This document shows positions 39,901-54,129 of a DNA stretch of 64,000 nucleotides, in pieces. The notes beneath the pieces were generated by a model. It was given only the letters and a program-made list of their open reading frames with translations, made no database searches and had not been told where the DNA came from. Position 1 is the stretch's first letter. Each line of letters opens with the position of its first letter. Source of the DNA: Yuukianura sp. NJ FZ-2021 (lineage: Eukaryota); NCBI GenBank assembly GCA_046563655.1, contig CM102286.1:8184001-8248000 (forward strand). The letters run 5' to 3'. The position numbers and the translations under genes were made by a program.

Positions 39901-42900
39901 TTATCTTTCGTAAAACATATCGAGAAATTTTTACCCTGAATGTTGACAGCGCGATGTTTCTAAAAAATTAAAAATAGATAGGTGATGCTGGCATAACTTA
40001 CTTTGTCTCGATCGCGTTGTTCGCTCCGGAAAAGTCCCGTTGTAGTTTAAGGGTCGGGAAGAAGCATTTTTGAGTTTGAATTTTATCACACGCACCCTTA
40101 AAACTTTGCCAAGCAGTGAAGAAAAGGTCTTGGTTATTTCAATTGGTATCGAACTAATTATCAGTGCAGAATGCAGCTTGCTACTGCAATTCCTGGTAGT
40201 ATTTTGGTTCAAATTTTTCAAGTCTAGCACTAGTAGGTTTTTTGAGCCTAGTTCTAGTCGCCTTTCTGTCCAGGGAAGCAAAGTGTGTCGCAGAGAAAGC
40301 CGAAATTTGTTGGCCAATATTTTATACTGTAGAATAAATAACGCAACCACGGACAATTATCTTTCGTAAAACATATCGAGAAATTTTTACCCTGAATGTT
40401 GACAGCGCGATGTTTCTAAAAAATTAAAAATAGATAGGTGATGCTGGCATAACTTACTTTGTCTCGATTGCGTAGTTCGCTCCGGAAAAGTCCCGTTGTA
40501 GTTTGAGGGCCGGGAAGAAGCATTTTTGAGTTTGTGAATTTTATCACACGCACTTTTAAAATTTTGCCAAGCAGTAAAGAAAAGGTCTTGGTTATTTCCA
40601 TTGGTATCGAACTAATTATCAGTGCAGAATGCAGCTTGCTACTGCAATTCCTGGTAGTATTTTGGTTCAAATTTTTCAAGTCTAGCACTAGTAGGTTTTT
40701 TGAGCCTAGTTCTAGTCGCCTTTCTGTCCAGGGAAGCAAAGTGTGTCGCAGAGAAAGCCGAAATTTGTTGGCCAATATTTTATACTGTAGAATAAATAAC
40801 GCAACCACGGACAATTATCTTTCGTAAAACATATCGAGAAATTTTTACCCTGAATGTTGACAGCGGGATGTTTCTAAAAAATTAAAAATAGATAGGTGAT
40901 GCTGGCATAACTTACTTTGTCTCGAACGCGTAGTTCGCTCCGGAAAAGTCCCGTTGTAGTTTCAGGGCCGGGAAGAAGCATTTTTGAGTTTGTGAATTTT
41001 ATCACACGCACCCTTAAAATTTTGCCAAGCAGTGAAGAAAAGGTCTTGGTTATTTCCATTGGTATCGAACTAATTATCAGTGCAGAATGCAGCTTGCTAC
41101 TGCAATTCCTGGTAGTATTTTGGTTCAAATTTTTCAAGTCTAGCACTAGTAGGTTTTTTGAGCCTAGTTCTAGTCGCCTTTCTGTCCAGGGAAGCAAAGT
41201 GTGTCGCAGAGAAAGCCGAAATTTGTTGGCCAATATTTTATACTGTAGAATAAATAACGCAACCACGGACAATTATCTTTCGTAAAACATATCGAGAAAT
41301 TTTTACCCTGAATGTTGACAGCGGGATGTTTCAAAAAAATTAAAAATAGATAGGTGATGCTGGCATAACTTACTTTGTCTCGAACGCGTAGTTCGCTCCG
41401 GAAAAGTCCCGTTGTAGTTTCAGGGCCGGGAAGAAGCATTTTTGAGTTTGTGAATTTTATCACACGCACCCTTAAAATTTTGCCAAGCAGTGAAGAAAAG
41501 GTCTTGGTTATTTCCATTGGTATCGAACTAATTATCAGTGCAGAATGCAGCTTGCTACTGCAATTCCTGGTAGTATTTTGGTTCAAATTTTTCAAGTCTA
41601 GCACTAGTAGGTTTTTTGAGCCTAGTTCTAGTCGCCTTTCTGTCCAGGGAAGCAAAGTGTGTCGCAGAGAAAGCCGAAATTTGTTGGCCAATATTTTATA
41701 CTGTAGAATAAATAACGCAACCACAGACAATTATCTTTCGTAAAACATATCGAGAAATTTTTACCCTGAATGTTGACAGCGCGATGTTTCTAAAAAATTA
41801 AAAATAGATAGGTGATGCTGGCATAACTTACTTTGTCTCGATCGCGTTGTTCGCTCCGGAAAAGTCCCGTTGTAGTTTAAGGGTCGGGAAGAAGCATTTT
41901 TGAGTTTGAATTTTATCACACGCACCCTTAAAACTTTGCCAAGCAGTGAAGAAAAGGTCTTGGTTATTTCAATTGGTATCGAACTAATTATCAGTGCAGA
42001 ATGCAGCTTGCTACTGCAATTCCTGGTAGTATTTTGGTTCAAATTTTTCAAGTCTAGCACTAGTAGGTTTTTTGAGCCTAGTTCTAGTCGCCTTTCTGTC
42101 CAGGGAAGCAAAGTGTGTCGCAGAGAAAGCCGAAATTTGTTGGCCAATATTTTATACTGTAGAATAAATAACGCAACCACAGACAATTATCTTTCGTAAA
42201 ACATATCGAGAAATTTTTACCCTGAATGTTGACAGCGGGATGTTTCTAAAAAATTAAAAATAGATAGGTGATGCTGGCATAACTTACTTTGTCTCGAACG
42301 CGTAGTTCGCTCCGGAAAAGTCCCGTTGTAGTTTCAGGGCCGGGAAGAAGCATTTTTGAGTTTGTGAATTTTATCACACGCACCCTTAAAATTTTGCCAA
42401 GCAGTAAAGAAAAGGTCTTGGTTATTTCCATTGGTATCGAACTAATTATCAGTGCAGAATGCAGCTTGCTACTGCAATTCCTGGTAGTGTTTTGGTTCAA
42501 ATTTTTCAAGTGTAGCACTAGTAGGTTTTTTGAGCCTAGTTCTAGTCGCCTTTTTGTCCACTCTAATTTTATAGTCATACGAACTACCAAGGGAAGCAAA
42601 GTGTGTCGCAGAGAAAGCCGAAATTTGTTGGCCAATATTTTACACTGTAGAATAAATAACGCAACCAATTACCATTATCTTTCGTAAAACATATCGAGAA
42701 ATTTTTACCCTGAAAGTTGACAGCGGGATGTTTCTAAAAATTTAAAAATAGATAGGTGATGCTGGCATAACTTACGTTGCCTCGATCGCGTAGTTGGCTC
42801 CGGAAAAGTCCCGTTGTAGTTTGAGGGCCGGGAAGAAGCATTTTTGAATTTGTGAATTTTATCACACGCACTCTTAAAATTTTGCCAAGCAGTGAAGAAA

Positions 42901-45900
42901 AGGTCTTGGTTATTTCAATTGGTATCGAACTAATTATCAGTGCAGAATGCAGCTTGCTACTGCAATTCCTGGTAGTATTTTGGTTCAAATTTTTCAAGTC
43001 TAGCACTAGTAGGTTTTTTGAGCCTAGTTCTAGTCGCCTTTCTGTCCAGGGAAGCAAAGTGTGTCGCAGAGAAAGCCGAAATTTGTTGGCCAATATTTTA
43101 TACTGTAGAATAAATAACGCAACCACGGACAATTATCTTTCGTAAAACATATCGAGAAATTTTTACCCTGAATGTTGACAGCGGGATGTTTCAAAAAAAT
43201 TAAAAATAGATAGGTGATGCTGGCATAACTTACTTTGTCTCGAACGCGTAGTTCGCTCCGGAAAAGTCCCGTTGTAGTTTCAGGGCCGGGAAGAAGCATT
43301 TTTGAGTTTGTGAATTTTATCACACGCACCCTTAAAATTTTGCCAAGCAGTGAAGAAAAGGTCTTGGTTATTTCCATTGGTATCGAACTAATTATCAGTG
43401 CAGAATGCAGCTTGCTACTGCAATTCCTGGTAGTATTTTGGTTCAAATTTTTCAAGTCTAGCACTAGTAGGTTTTTTGAGCCTAGTTCTAGTCGCCTTTC
43501 TGTCCAGGGAAGCAAAGTGTGTCGCAGAGAAAGCCGAAATTTGTTGGCCAATATTTTATACTGTAGAATAAATAACGCAACCACAGACAATTATCTTTCG
43601 TAAAACATATCGAGAAATTTTTACCCTGAATGTTGACAGCGCGATGTTTCTAAAAAATTAAAAATAGATAGGTGATGCTGGCATAACTTACTTTGTCTCG
43701 ATTGCGTAGTTCGCTCCGGAAAAGTCCCGTTGTAGTTTGAGGGCCGGGAAGAAGCATTTTTGAGTTTGTGAATTTTATCACACGCACTTTTAAAATTTTG
43801 CCAAGCAGTAAAGAAAAGGTCTTGGTTATTTCCATTGGTATCGAACTAATTATCAGTGCAGAATGCAGCTTGCTACTGCAATTCCTGGTAGTATTTTGGT
43901 TCAAATTTTTCAAGTCTAGCACTAGTAGGTTTTTTGAGCCTAGTACTAGTCGCCTTTCTGTCCAGGGAAGCAAAGTGTGTCGCAGAGAAAGCCGAAATTT
44001 GTTGGCCAATATTTTATACTGTAGAATAAATAACGCAACCACAGACAATTATCTTTCGTAAAACATATCGAGAAATTTTTACCCTGAATGTTGACAGCGC
44101 GATGTTTCTAAAAAATTAAAAATAGATAGGTGATGCTGGCATAACTTACTTTGTCTCGATCGCGTTGTTCGCTCCGGAAAAGTCCCGTTGTAGTTTAAGG
44201 GTCGGGAAGAAGCATTTTTGAGTTTGAATTTTATCACACGCACCCTTAAAACTTTGCCAAGCAGTGAAGAAAAGGTCTTGGTTATTTCAATTGGTATCGA
44301 ACTAATTATCAGTGCAGAATGCAGCTTGCTACTGCAATTCCTGGTAGTATTTTGGTTCAAATTTTTCAAGTCTAGCGCTAGTAGGTTTTTTGAGCCTAGT
44401 TCTAGTCGCCTTTCTGTCCAGGGAAGCAAAGTGTGTCGCAGAGAAAGCCGAAATTTGTTGGCCAATATTTTATACTGTAGAATAAATAACGCAACCACGG
44501 ACAATTATCTTTCGTAAAACATATCGAGAAATTTTTACCCTGAATGTTGACAGCGGGATGTTTCTAAAAAATTAAAAATAGATAGGTGATGCTGGCATAA
44601 CTTACTTTGTCTCGAACGCGTAGTTCGCTCCGGAAAAGTCCCGTTGTAGTTTCAGGGCCGGGAAGAAGCATTTTTGAGTTTGTGAATTTTATCACACGCA
44701 CCCTTAAAATTTTGCCAAGCAGTAAAGAAAAGGTCTTGGTTATTTCCATTGGTATCGAACTAATTATCAGTGCAGAATGCAGATTGCTACTGCAATTCCT
44801 GGTAGTGTTTTGGTTCAAATTTTTCAAGTGTAGCACTAGTAGGTTTTTTGAGCCTAGTTCTAGTCGCCTTTCTGTGCACTCTAATTTTATAGTCATGCGA
44901 ACTACGAAGGGAAGCAAAGTGTGTCGCAGAAGAAGCGGAAATTTGTTGGCCAATATTTTATACTGTAGAATAAATAACGCAACCACGGACAATTATCTTT
45001 CGTAAAACATATCGAGAAATTTTTACCCTGAATGTTGACAGCGCGATGTTTCTAAAAAATTAAAAATAGGTGATGCTGGCATAACTTACTTTGTCTCGAT
45101 TGCGTAGTTCGCTCCGGAAAAGTCCCGTTGTAGTTTGAGGGCCGGGAAGAAGCATTTTTGAGTTTGTGAATTTTATCACACGCACTTTTAAAATTTTGCC
45201 AAGCAGTAAAGAAAAGGTCTTGGTTATTTCCATTGGTATCGAACTAATTATCAGTGCAGAATGCAGCTTGCTACTGCAATTCCTGGTAGTATTTTGGTTC
45301 AAATTTTTCAAGTCTAGCACTAGTAGGTTTTTTGAGCCTAGTTCTAGTCGCCTTTCTGTCCAGGGAAGCAAAGTGTGTCGCAGAGAAAGCCGAAATTTGT
45401 TGGCCAATATTTTATACTGTAGAATAAATAACGCAACCACAGACAATTATCTTTCGTAAAACATATCGAGAAATTTTTACCCTGAATGTTGACAGCGCGA
45501 TGTTTCTAAAAAATTAAAAATAGATAGGTGATGCTGGCATAACTTACTTTGTCTCGATCGCGTTGTTCGCTCCGGAAAAGTCCCGTTGTAGTTTAAGGGT
45601 CGGGAAGAAGCATTTTTGAGTTTGAATTTTATCACACGCACCCTTAAAACTTTGCCAAGCAGTGAAGAAAAGGTCTTGGTTATTTCAATTGGTATCGAAC
45701 TAATTATCAGTGCAGAATGCAGCTTGCTACTGCAATTCCTGGTAGTATTTTGGTTCAAATTTTTCAATTCTAGCACTAGTAGGTTTTTTGAGCCTAGTTC
45801 TAGTCGCCTTTCTGTCCAGGGAAGCAAAGTGTGTCGCAGAGAAAGCCGAAATTTGTTGGCCAATATTTTATACTGTAGAATAAATAACGCAACCACGGAC

Positions 45901-48900
45901 AATTATCTTTCGTAAAACATATCGAGAAATTTTTACCCTGAATGTTGACAGTGGGATGTTTCTAAAAAATTAAAAATAGATAGGTGATGCTGGCATAACT
46001 TACTTTGTCTCGAACGCGTAGTTCGCTCCGGAAAAGTCCCGTTGTAGTTTCAGGGCCGGGAAGAAGCATTTTTGAGTTTGTGAATTTTATCACACGCACC
46101 CTTAAAATTTTGCCAAGCAGTAAAGAAAAGGTCTTGGTTATTTCCATTGGTATCGAACTAATTATCAGTGCAGAATGCAGCTTGCTACTGCAATTCCTGG
46201 TAGTGTTTGGGTTCAAATTTTTCAAGTGTAGCACTAGTAGGTTTTTTGAGCCTAGTTCTAGTCGCCTTTCTGTGCACTCTAATTTTATAGTCATGCGAAC
46301 TACGAAGGGAAGCAAAGTGTGTCGCAGAAGAAGCGGAAATTTGTTGGCCAATATTTTATACTGTAGAATAAATAACGCAACCACGGACAATTATCTTTCG
46401 TAAAACATATCGAGAAATTTTTACCCTGAATGTTGACAGCGCGATGTTTCTAAAAAATTAAAAATAGGTGATGCTGGCATAACTTACTTTGTCTCGATTG
46501 CGTAGTTCGCTCCGGAAAAGTCCCGTTGTAGTTTCAGGGCCGGGAAGAAGCATTTTTGAGTTTGTGAATTTTATCACACGCACCCTTAAAATTTTGCCAA
46601 GCAGTAAAGAAAAGGTCTTGGTTATTTCCATTGGTATCGAACTAATTATCAGTGCAGAATGCAGCTTGCTACTGCAATTCCTGGTAGTGTTTGGGTTCAA
46701 ATTTTTCAAGTGTAGCACTAGTAGGTTTTTTGAGCCTAGTTCTAGTCGCCTTTCTGTGCACTCTAATTTTATAGTCATGCGAACTACGAAGGGAAGCAAA
46801 GTGTGTCGCAGGAGAAGCGGAAATTTGTTGGCCAATATTTTATACTGTAGAATAAATAACGCAACCACGGACAATTATCTTTCGTAAAACATATCGAGAA
46901 ATTTTTACCCTGAATGTTGACAGCGCGATGTTTCTAAAAATTAAAAATAGGTGATGCTGGCATAACTTACTTTGTCTCGATTGCGTAGTTCGCTCCGGAA
47001 AAGTCCCGTTGTAGTTTGAGGGCCGGGAAGAAGCATTTTTGAGTTTGTGAATTTTATCACACGCACTTTTAAAATTTTGCCAAGCAGTAAAGAAAAGGTC
47101 TTGGTTATTTCCATTGGTATCGAACTAATTATCAGTGCAGAATGCAGCTTGCTACTGCAATTCCTGGTAGTATTTTGGTTCAAATTTTTCAAGTCTAGCA
47201 CTAGTAGGTTTTTTGAGCCTAGTACTAGTCGCCTTTCTGTCCAGGGAAGCAAAGTGTGTCGCAGAGAAAGCCGAAATTTGTTGGCCAATATTTTATACTG
47301 TAGAATAAATAACGCAACCACAGACAATTATCTTTCGTAAAACATATCGAGAAATTTTTACCCTGAATGTTGACAGCGCGATGTTTCTAAAAAATAAAAA
47401 ATAGATAGGTGATGCTGGCATAACTTACTTTGTCTCGATCGCGTTGTTCGCTCCGGAAAAGTCCCGTTGTAGTTTAAGGGTCGGGAAGAAGCATTTTTGA
47501 GTTTGAATTTTATCACACGCACCCTTAAAACTTTGCCAAGCAGTGAAGAAAAGGTCTTGGTTATTTCAATTGGTATCGAACTAATTATCAGTGCAGAATG
47601 CAGCTTGCTACTGCAATTCCTGGTAGTATTTTGGTTCAAATTTTTCAAGTCTAGCGCTAGTAGGTTTTTTGAGCCTAGTTCTAGTCGCCTTTCTGTCCAG
47701 GGAAGCAAAGTGTGTCGCAGAGAAAGCCGAAATTTGTTGGCCAATATTTTATACTGTAGAATAAATAACGCAACCACGGACAATTATCTTTCGTAAAACA
47801 TATCGAGAAATTTTTACCCTGAATGTTGACAGCGGGATGTTTCTAAAAAATTAAAAATAGATAGGTGATGCTGGCATAACTTACTTTGTCTCGAACGCGT
47901 AGTTCGCTCCGGAAAAGTCCCGTTGTAGTTTCAGGGCCGGGAAGAAGCATTTTTGAGTTTGTGAATTTTATCACACGCACCCTTAAAATTTTGCCAAGCA
48001 GTAAAGAAAAGGTCTTGGTTATTTCCATTGGTATCGAACTAATTATCAGTGCAGAATGCAGCTTGCTACTGCAATTCCTGGTAGTGTTTTGGTTCAAATT
48101 TTTCAAGTGTAGCACTAGTAGGTTTTTTGAGCCTAGTTCTAGTCGCCTTTTTGTCCACTCTAATTTTATAGTCATACGAACTACCAAGGGAAGCAAAGTG
48201 TGTCGCAGAGAAAGCCGAAATTTGTTGGCCAATATTTTACACTGTAGAATAAATAACGCAACCACGGACAATTATCTTTCGTAAAACATATCGAGAAATT
48301 TTTACCCTGAATGTTGACAGCGCGATGTTTCTAAAAAATTAAAAATAGGTGATGCTGGCATAACTTACTTTGTCTCGATTGCGTAGTTCGCTCCGGAAAA
48401 GTCCCGTTGTAGTTTGAGGGCCGGGAAGAAGCATTTTTGAGTTTGTGAATTTTATCACACGCACCCTTAAAATTTTGCCAAGCAGTAAAGAAAAGGTCTT
48501 GGTTATTTCCATTGGTATCGAACTAATTATCAGTGCAGAATGCAGCTTGCTACTGCAATTCCTGGTAGTATTTTGGTTCAAATTTTTCAAGTCTAGCACT
48601 AGTAGGTTTTTTGAGCCTAGTTCTAGTCGCCTTTCTGTCCAGGGAAGCAAAGTGTGTCGCAGAGAAAGCCGAAATTTGTTGGCCAATATTTTACACTGTA
48701 GAATAAATAACGCAACCAAGGACCATTATCTTTCGTAAAACATATCGAGAAATTTTTACCCTGAAAGTTGACAGCGGGATGTTTCTAAAAATTTAAAAAT
48801 AGATAGGTGATGCTGGCATAACTTACGTTGCCTCGATCGCGTAGTTGGCTCCGGAAAAGTCCCGTTGTAGTTTGAGGGCCGGGAAGAAGCATTTTTGAAT

Positions 48901-51900
48901 TTGTGAATTTTATCACACGCACCCTTAAAATTTTGCCAAGCAGTAAAGAAAAGGTCTTGGTTATTTCCATTGGTATCGAACTAATTATCAGTGCAGAATG
49001 CAGCTTGCTACTGCAATTCCTGGTAGTATTTTGGTTCAAATTTTTCAAGTCTAGCACTAGTAGGTTTTTTGAGCCTAGTTCTAGTCGCCTTTCTGTCCAG
49101 GGAAGCAAAGTGTGTCGCAGAGAAAGCCGAAATTTGTTGGCCAATATTTTATACTGTAGAATAAATAACGCAACCACGGACAATTATCTTTCGTAAAACA
49201 TATCGAGAAATTTTTACCCTGAATGTTGACAGCGGGATGTTTCTAAAAAATTAAAAATAGATAGGTGATGCTGGCATAACTTACTTTGTCTCGAACGCGT
49301 AGTTCGCTCCGGAAAAGTCCCGTTGTAGTTTGAGGGCCGGGAAGAAGCATTTTTGAGTTTGTGAATTTTATCACACGCACCCTTAAAATTTTGCCAAGCA
49401 GTAAAGAAAAGGTCTTGGTTATTTCCATTGGTATCGAACTAATTATCAGTGCAGAATGCAGCTTGCTACTGCAATTCCTGGTAGTATTTTGGTTCAAATT
49501 TTTCAAGTCTAGCACTAGTAGGTTTTTTGAGCCTAGTTCTAGTCGCCTTTCTGTCCAGGGAAGCAAAGTGTGTCGCAGAGAAAGCCGAAATTTGTTGGCC
49601 AATATTTTATACTGTAGAATAAATAACGCAACCACGGACAATTATCTTTCGTAAAACATATCGAGAAATTTTTACCCTGAATGTTGACAGCGGGATGTTT
49701 CTAAAAAATTAAAAATAGATAGGTGATGCTGGCATAACTTACTTTGTCTCGAACGCGTAGTTCGCTCCGGAAAAGTCCCGTTGTAGTTTGAGGGCCGGGA
49801 AGAAGCATTTTTGAGTTTGTGAATTTTATCACACGCACCCTTAAAATTTTGCCAAGCAGTAAAGAAAAGGTCTTGGTTATTTCCATTGGTATCGAACTAA
49901 TTATCAGTGCAGAATGCAGCTTGCTACTGCAATTCCTGGTAGTATTTTGGTTCAAATTTTTCAAGTCTAGCACTAGTAGGTTTTTTGAGCCTAGTTCTAG
50001 TCGCCTTTCTGTCCAGGGAAGCAAAGTGTGTCGCAGAGAAAGCCGAAATTTGTTGGCCAATATTTTATACTGTAGAATAAATAACGCAACCACGGACAAT
50101 TATCTTTCGTAAAACATATCGAGAAATTTTTACCCTGAATGTTGACAGCGGGATGTTTCTAAAAAATTAAAAATAGATAGGTGATGCTGGCATAACTTAC
50201 TTTGTCTCGAACGCGTAGTTCGCTCCGGAAAAGTCCCGTTGTAGTTTCAGGGCCGGGAAGAAGCATTTTTGAGTTTGTGAATTTTATCACACGCACCCTT
50301 AAAATTTTGCCAAGCAGTAAAGAAAAGGTCTTGGTTATTTCCATTGGTATCGAACTAATTATCAGTGCAGAATGCAGCTTGCTACTGCAATTCCTGGTAG
50401 TATTTTGGTTCAAATTTTTCAAGTCTAGCACTAGTAGGTTTTTTGAGCCTAGTTCTAGTCGCCTTTCTGTCCAGGGAAGCAAAGTGTGTCGCAGAGAAAG
50501 CCGAAATTTGTTGGCCAATATTTTATACTGTAGAATAAATAACGCAACCACGGACAATTATCTTTCGTAAAACATATCGAGAAATTTTTACCCTGAATGT
50601 TGACAGCGGGATGTTTCTAAAAATTTAAAAATAGATAGGTGATGCTGGCATAACTTACTTTGTCTCGAACGCGTAGTTCGCTCCGGAAAAGTCCCGTTGT
50701 AGTTTGAGGGCCGGGAAGAAGCATTTTTGAGTTTGTGAATTTTATCACACGCACCCTTAAAATTTTGCCAAGCAGTAAAGAAAAGGTCTTGGTTATTTCC
50801 ATTGGTATCGAACTAATTATCAGTGCAGAATGCAGCTTGCTACTGCAATTCCTGGTAGTATTTTGGTTCAAATTTTTCAAGTCTAGCACTAGTAGGTTTT
50901 TTGAGCCTAGTTCTAGTCGCCTTTCTGTCCAGGGAAGCAAAGTGTGTCGCAGAGAAAGCCGAAATTTGTTGGCCAATATTTTATACTGTAGAATAAATAA
51001 CGCAACCACGGACAATTATCTTTCGTAAAACATATCGAGAAATTTTTACCCTGAATGTTGACAGCGGGATGTTTCTAAAAAATTAAAAATAGATAGGTGA
51101 TGCTGGCATAACTTACTTTGTCTCGAACGCGTAGTTCGCTCCGGAAAAGTCCCGTTGTAGTTTGAGGGCCGGGAAGAAGCATTTTTGAGTTTGTGAATTT
51201 TATCACACGCACCCTTAAAATTTTGCCAAGCAGTAAAGAAAAGGTCTTGGTTATTTCCATTGGTATCGAACTAATTATCAGTGCAGAATGCAGCTTGCTA
51301 CTGCAATTCCTGGTAGTATTTTGGTTCAAATTTTTCAAGTCTAGCACTAGTAGGTTTTTTGAGCCTAGTTCTAGTCGCCTTTCTGTCCAGGGAAGCAAAG
51401 TGTGTCGCAGAGAAAGCCGAAATTTGTTGGCCAATATTTTATACTGTAGAATAAATAACGCAACCACGGACAATTATCTTTCGTAAAACATATCGAGAAA
51501 TTTTTACCCTGAATGTTGACAGCGGGATGTTTCTAAAAAATTAAAAATAGATAGGTGATGCTGGCATAACTTACTTTGTCTCGAACGCGTAGTTCGCTCC
51601 GGAAAAGTCCCGTTGTAGTTTGAGGGCCGGGAAGAAGCATTTTTGAGTTTGTGAATTTTATCACACGCACCCTTAAAATTTTGCCAAGCAGTGAAGAAAA
51701 GGTCTTGGTTATTTCCATTGGTATCGAACTAATTATCAGTGCAGAATGCAGCTTGCTACTGCAATTCCTGGTAGTATTTTGGTTCAAATTTTTCAAGTGT
51801 AGCACTAGTAGGTTTTTTGAGCCTAGTTCTAGTCGCCTTTCTGTGCACTCTAATTTTATAGTCATGCGAACTACGAAGGGATGCAAAGTGTGTCGCAGAA

Positions 51901-54129
51901 GAAGCGGAAATTTGTTGGCCAATATTTTATACTGTAGAATAAATAACGCAACCACGGACAATTATCTGTCGTAAAACATATCGAGAAATTTTTACCCTGA
52001 ATGTTGACAGCGGGATGTTTCAAAAAATTAAAAATAGATAGGTGATGCTGGCATAATTTACTTTGTCTCGATCGCGTAGTTCGCTCCGGAAAAGTCCCGT
52101 TGTAGTTTAAGGGTCGGGAAGAAGCATTTTTGAGTTTGTGAATTTTATCACACGCACCCTTAAAACTTTGCCAAGCAGTGAAGAAAAGGTCTTGGTTATT
52201 TCCATTGGTATCGAACTAATTATCAGTGCAGAATGCAGCTTGCTACTGCAATTCCCGGTAGTATTTTGGTTCAAATTTTTCAAGTGTAGCACTAGTAGGT
52301 TTTTTGAGCCTAGTTCTAGTCGCCTTTCTGTGCACTCTAATTTTATAGTCATGCGAACTACGAAGGGAAGCAAAGTGTGTCGCAGAAGAAGCGGAAATTT
52401 GTTGGCCAATATTTTATACTGTAGAATAAATAACGCAACCACGGACAATTATCTTTCGTAAAACATATCGAGAAATTTTTACCCTGAATGTTGACAGCGG
52501 GATGTTTCTAAAAATTTAAAAATAGATAGGTGATGCTGGCATAACTTACTTTGTCTCGAACGCGTAGTTCGCTCCGGAAAAGTCCCGTTGTAGTTTGAGG
52601 GCCGGGAAGAAGCATTTTTGAGTTTGTGAATTTTATCACACGCACCCTTAAAATTTTGCCAAGCAGTAAAGAAAAGGTCTTGGTTATTTCCATTGGTATC
52701 GAACTAATTATCAGTGCAGAATGCAGCTTGCTACTGCAATTCCCGGTAGTATTTTGGTTCAAATTTTTCAAGTGTAGCACTAGTAGGTTTTTTGAGCCTA
52801 GTTCTAGTCGCCTTTCTGTGCACTCTAATTTTATAGTCATGCGAACTACGAAGGGAAGCAAAGTGTGTCGCAGAAGAAGCGGAAATTTGTTGGCCAATAT
52901 TTTATACTGTAGAATAAATAACGCAACCACGGACCATTATCTTTCGTAAAACATATCGAGAAATTTTTACCCTGAAAGTTGACAGCGCGATGTTTCTAAA
53001 AAATTAAAAATAGATAGGTGATGCTGGCATAACATACTTTGTCTCGAACGCGTAGTTCGCTCCGGAAAAGTCCCGTTGTAGTTTGAGGGCCGGGAAGAAG
53101 CATTTTTGAGTTTGTGAATTTTATCACACGCACCCTTAAAATTTTGCCAAGCAGTGAAGAAAAGGTCTTGGTTATTTCCATTGGTATCGAACTAATTATC
53201 AGTGCAGAATGCAGCTTGCTACTGCAATTCCTGGTAGTATTTTGGTTCAAATTTTTCAAGTGTAGCACTAGTAGGTTTTTTGAGCCTAGTTCTAGTCGCC
53301 TTTCTGTGCACTCTAATTTTATAGTCATGCGAACTACGAAGGGATGCAAAGTGTGTCGCAGAAGAAGCGGAAATTTGTTGGCCAATATTTTATACTGTAG
53401 AATAAATAACGCAACCACGGACAATTATCTTTCGTAAAACATATCGAGAAATTTTTACCCTGAATGTTGACAGCGCGATGTTTCTAAAAAATTAAAAATA
53501 GATAGGTGATGCTGGCATAACTTACTTTGTCTCGATCGCGTAGTTCGCTCCGGAAAAGTCCCGTTGTAGTTTAAGGGTCGGGAAGAAGCATTTTTGAGTT
53601 TGTGAATTTTATCACACGCACCCTTAAAACTTTGCCAAGCAGTGAAGAAAAGGTCTTGGTTATTTCCATTGGTATCGAACTAATTATCAGTGCAGAATGC
53701 AGCTTGCTACTGCAATTCCCGGTAGTATTTTGGTTCAAATTTTTCAAGTGTAGCACTAGTAGGTTTTTTGAGCCTAGTTCTAGTCGCCTTTCTGTGCACT
53801 CTAATTTTATAGTCATGCGAACTACGAAGGGAAGCAAAGTGTGTCGCAGAAGAAGCGGAAATTTGTTGGCCAATATTTTATACTCTAGAATAAATGAACC
53901 GTTGTAAACGCCGTACGTAAGTAGCGAAAGGAAACTATAGTGCACTTCCGGTAAAACCGGAGCCGTATTAATCGCCCCCTATGCCAAACTGATTTACGAA
54001 GACAGATTGAAAATCGGTCCAGGGGTTTCGGAGGTATAGTTATAGTGCAGACAGGCAGACGGACAGGCACACAGACTCGGGGAAAAACATAAAGTAGGTC
54101 ATGCTTCCCCGAGAAGGACGAGGGATGCA

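Larger units (their letters stand above)
11134..53892. repeat. Satellite B, 488/458-bp tandem array (~90 monomers)
   Basis: Head-to-tail, highly similar monomers. Length classes are 488, 484, 458 (30-bp deletion), 456, 454 and 618 (with MITE). Confidence 0.99.

Noticed and set aside
11244..53945. About 180 repeated 70-190-aa ORFs on both strands of satellite B, read as a tandem gene array
   Set aside because: Starts are mostly non-ATG or inconsistent, frame-breaking 1-, 2- and 4-bp indels are common among monomers, and there are no recognisable domains. They are satellite translation artefacts.
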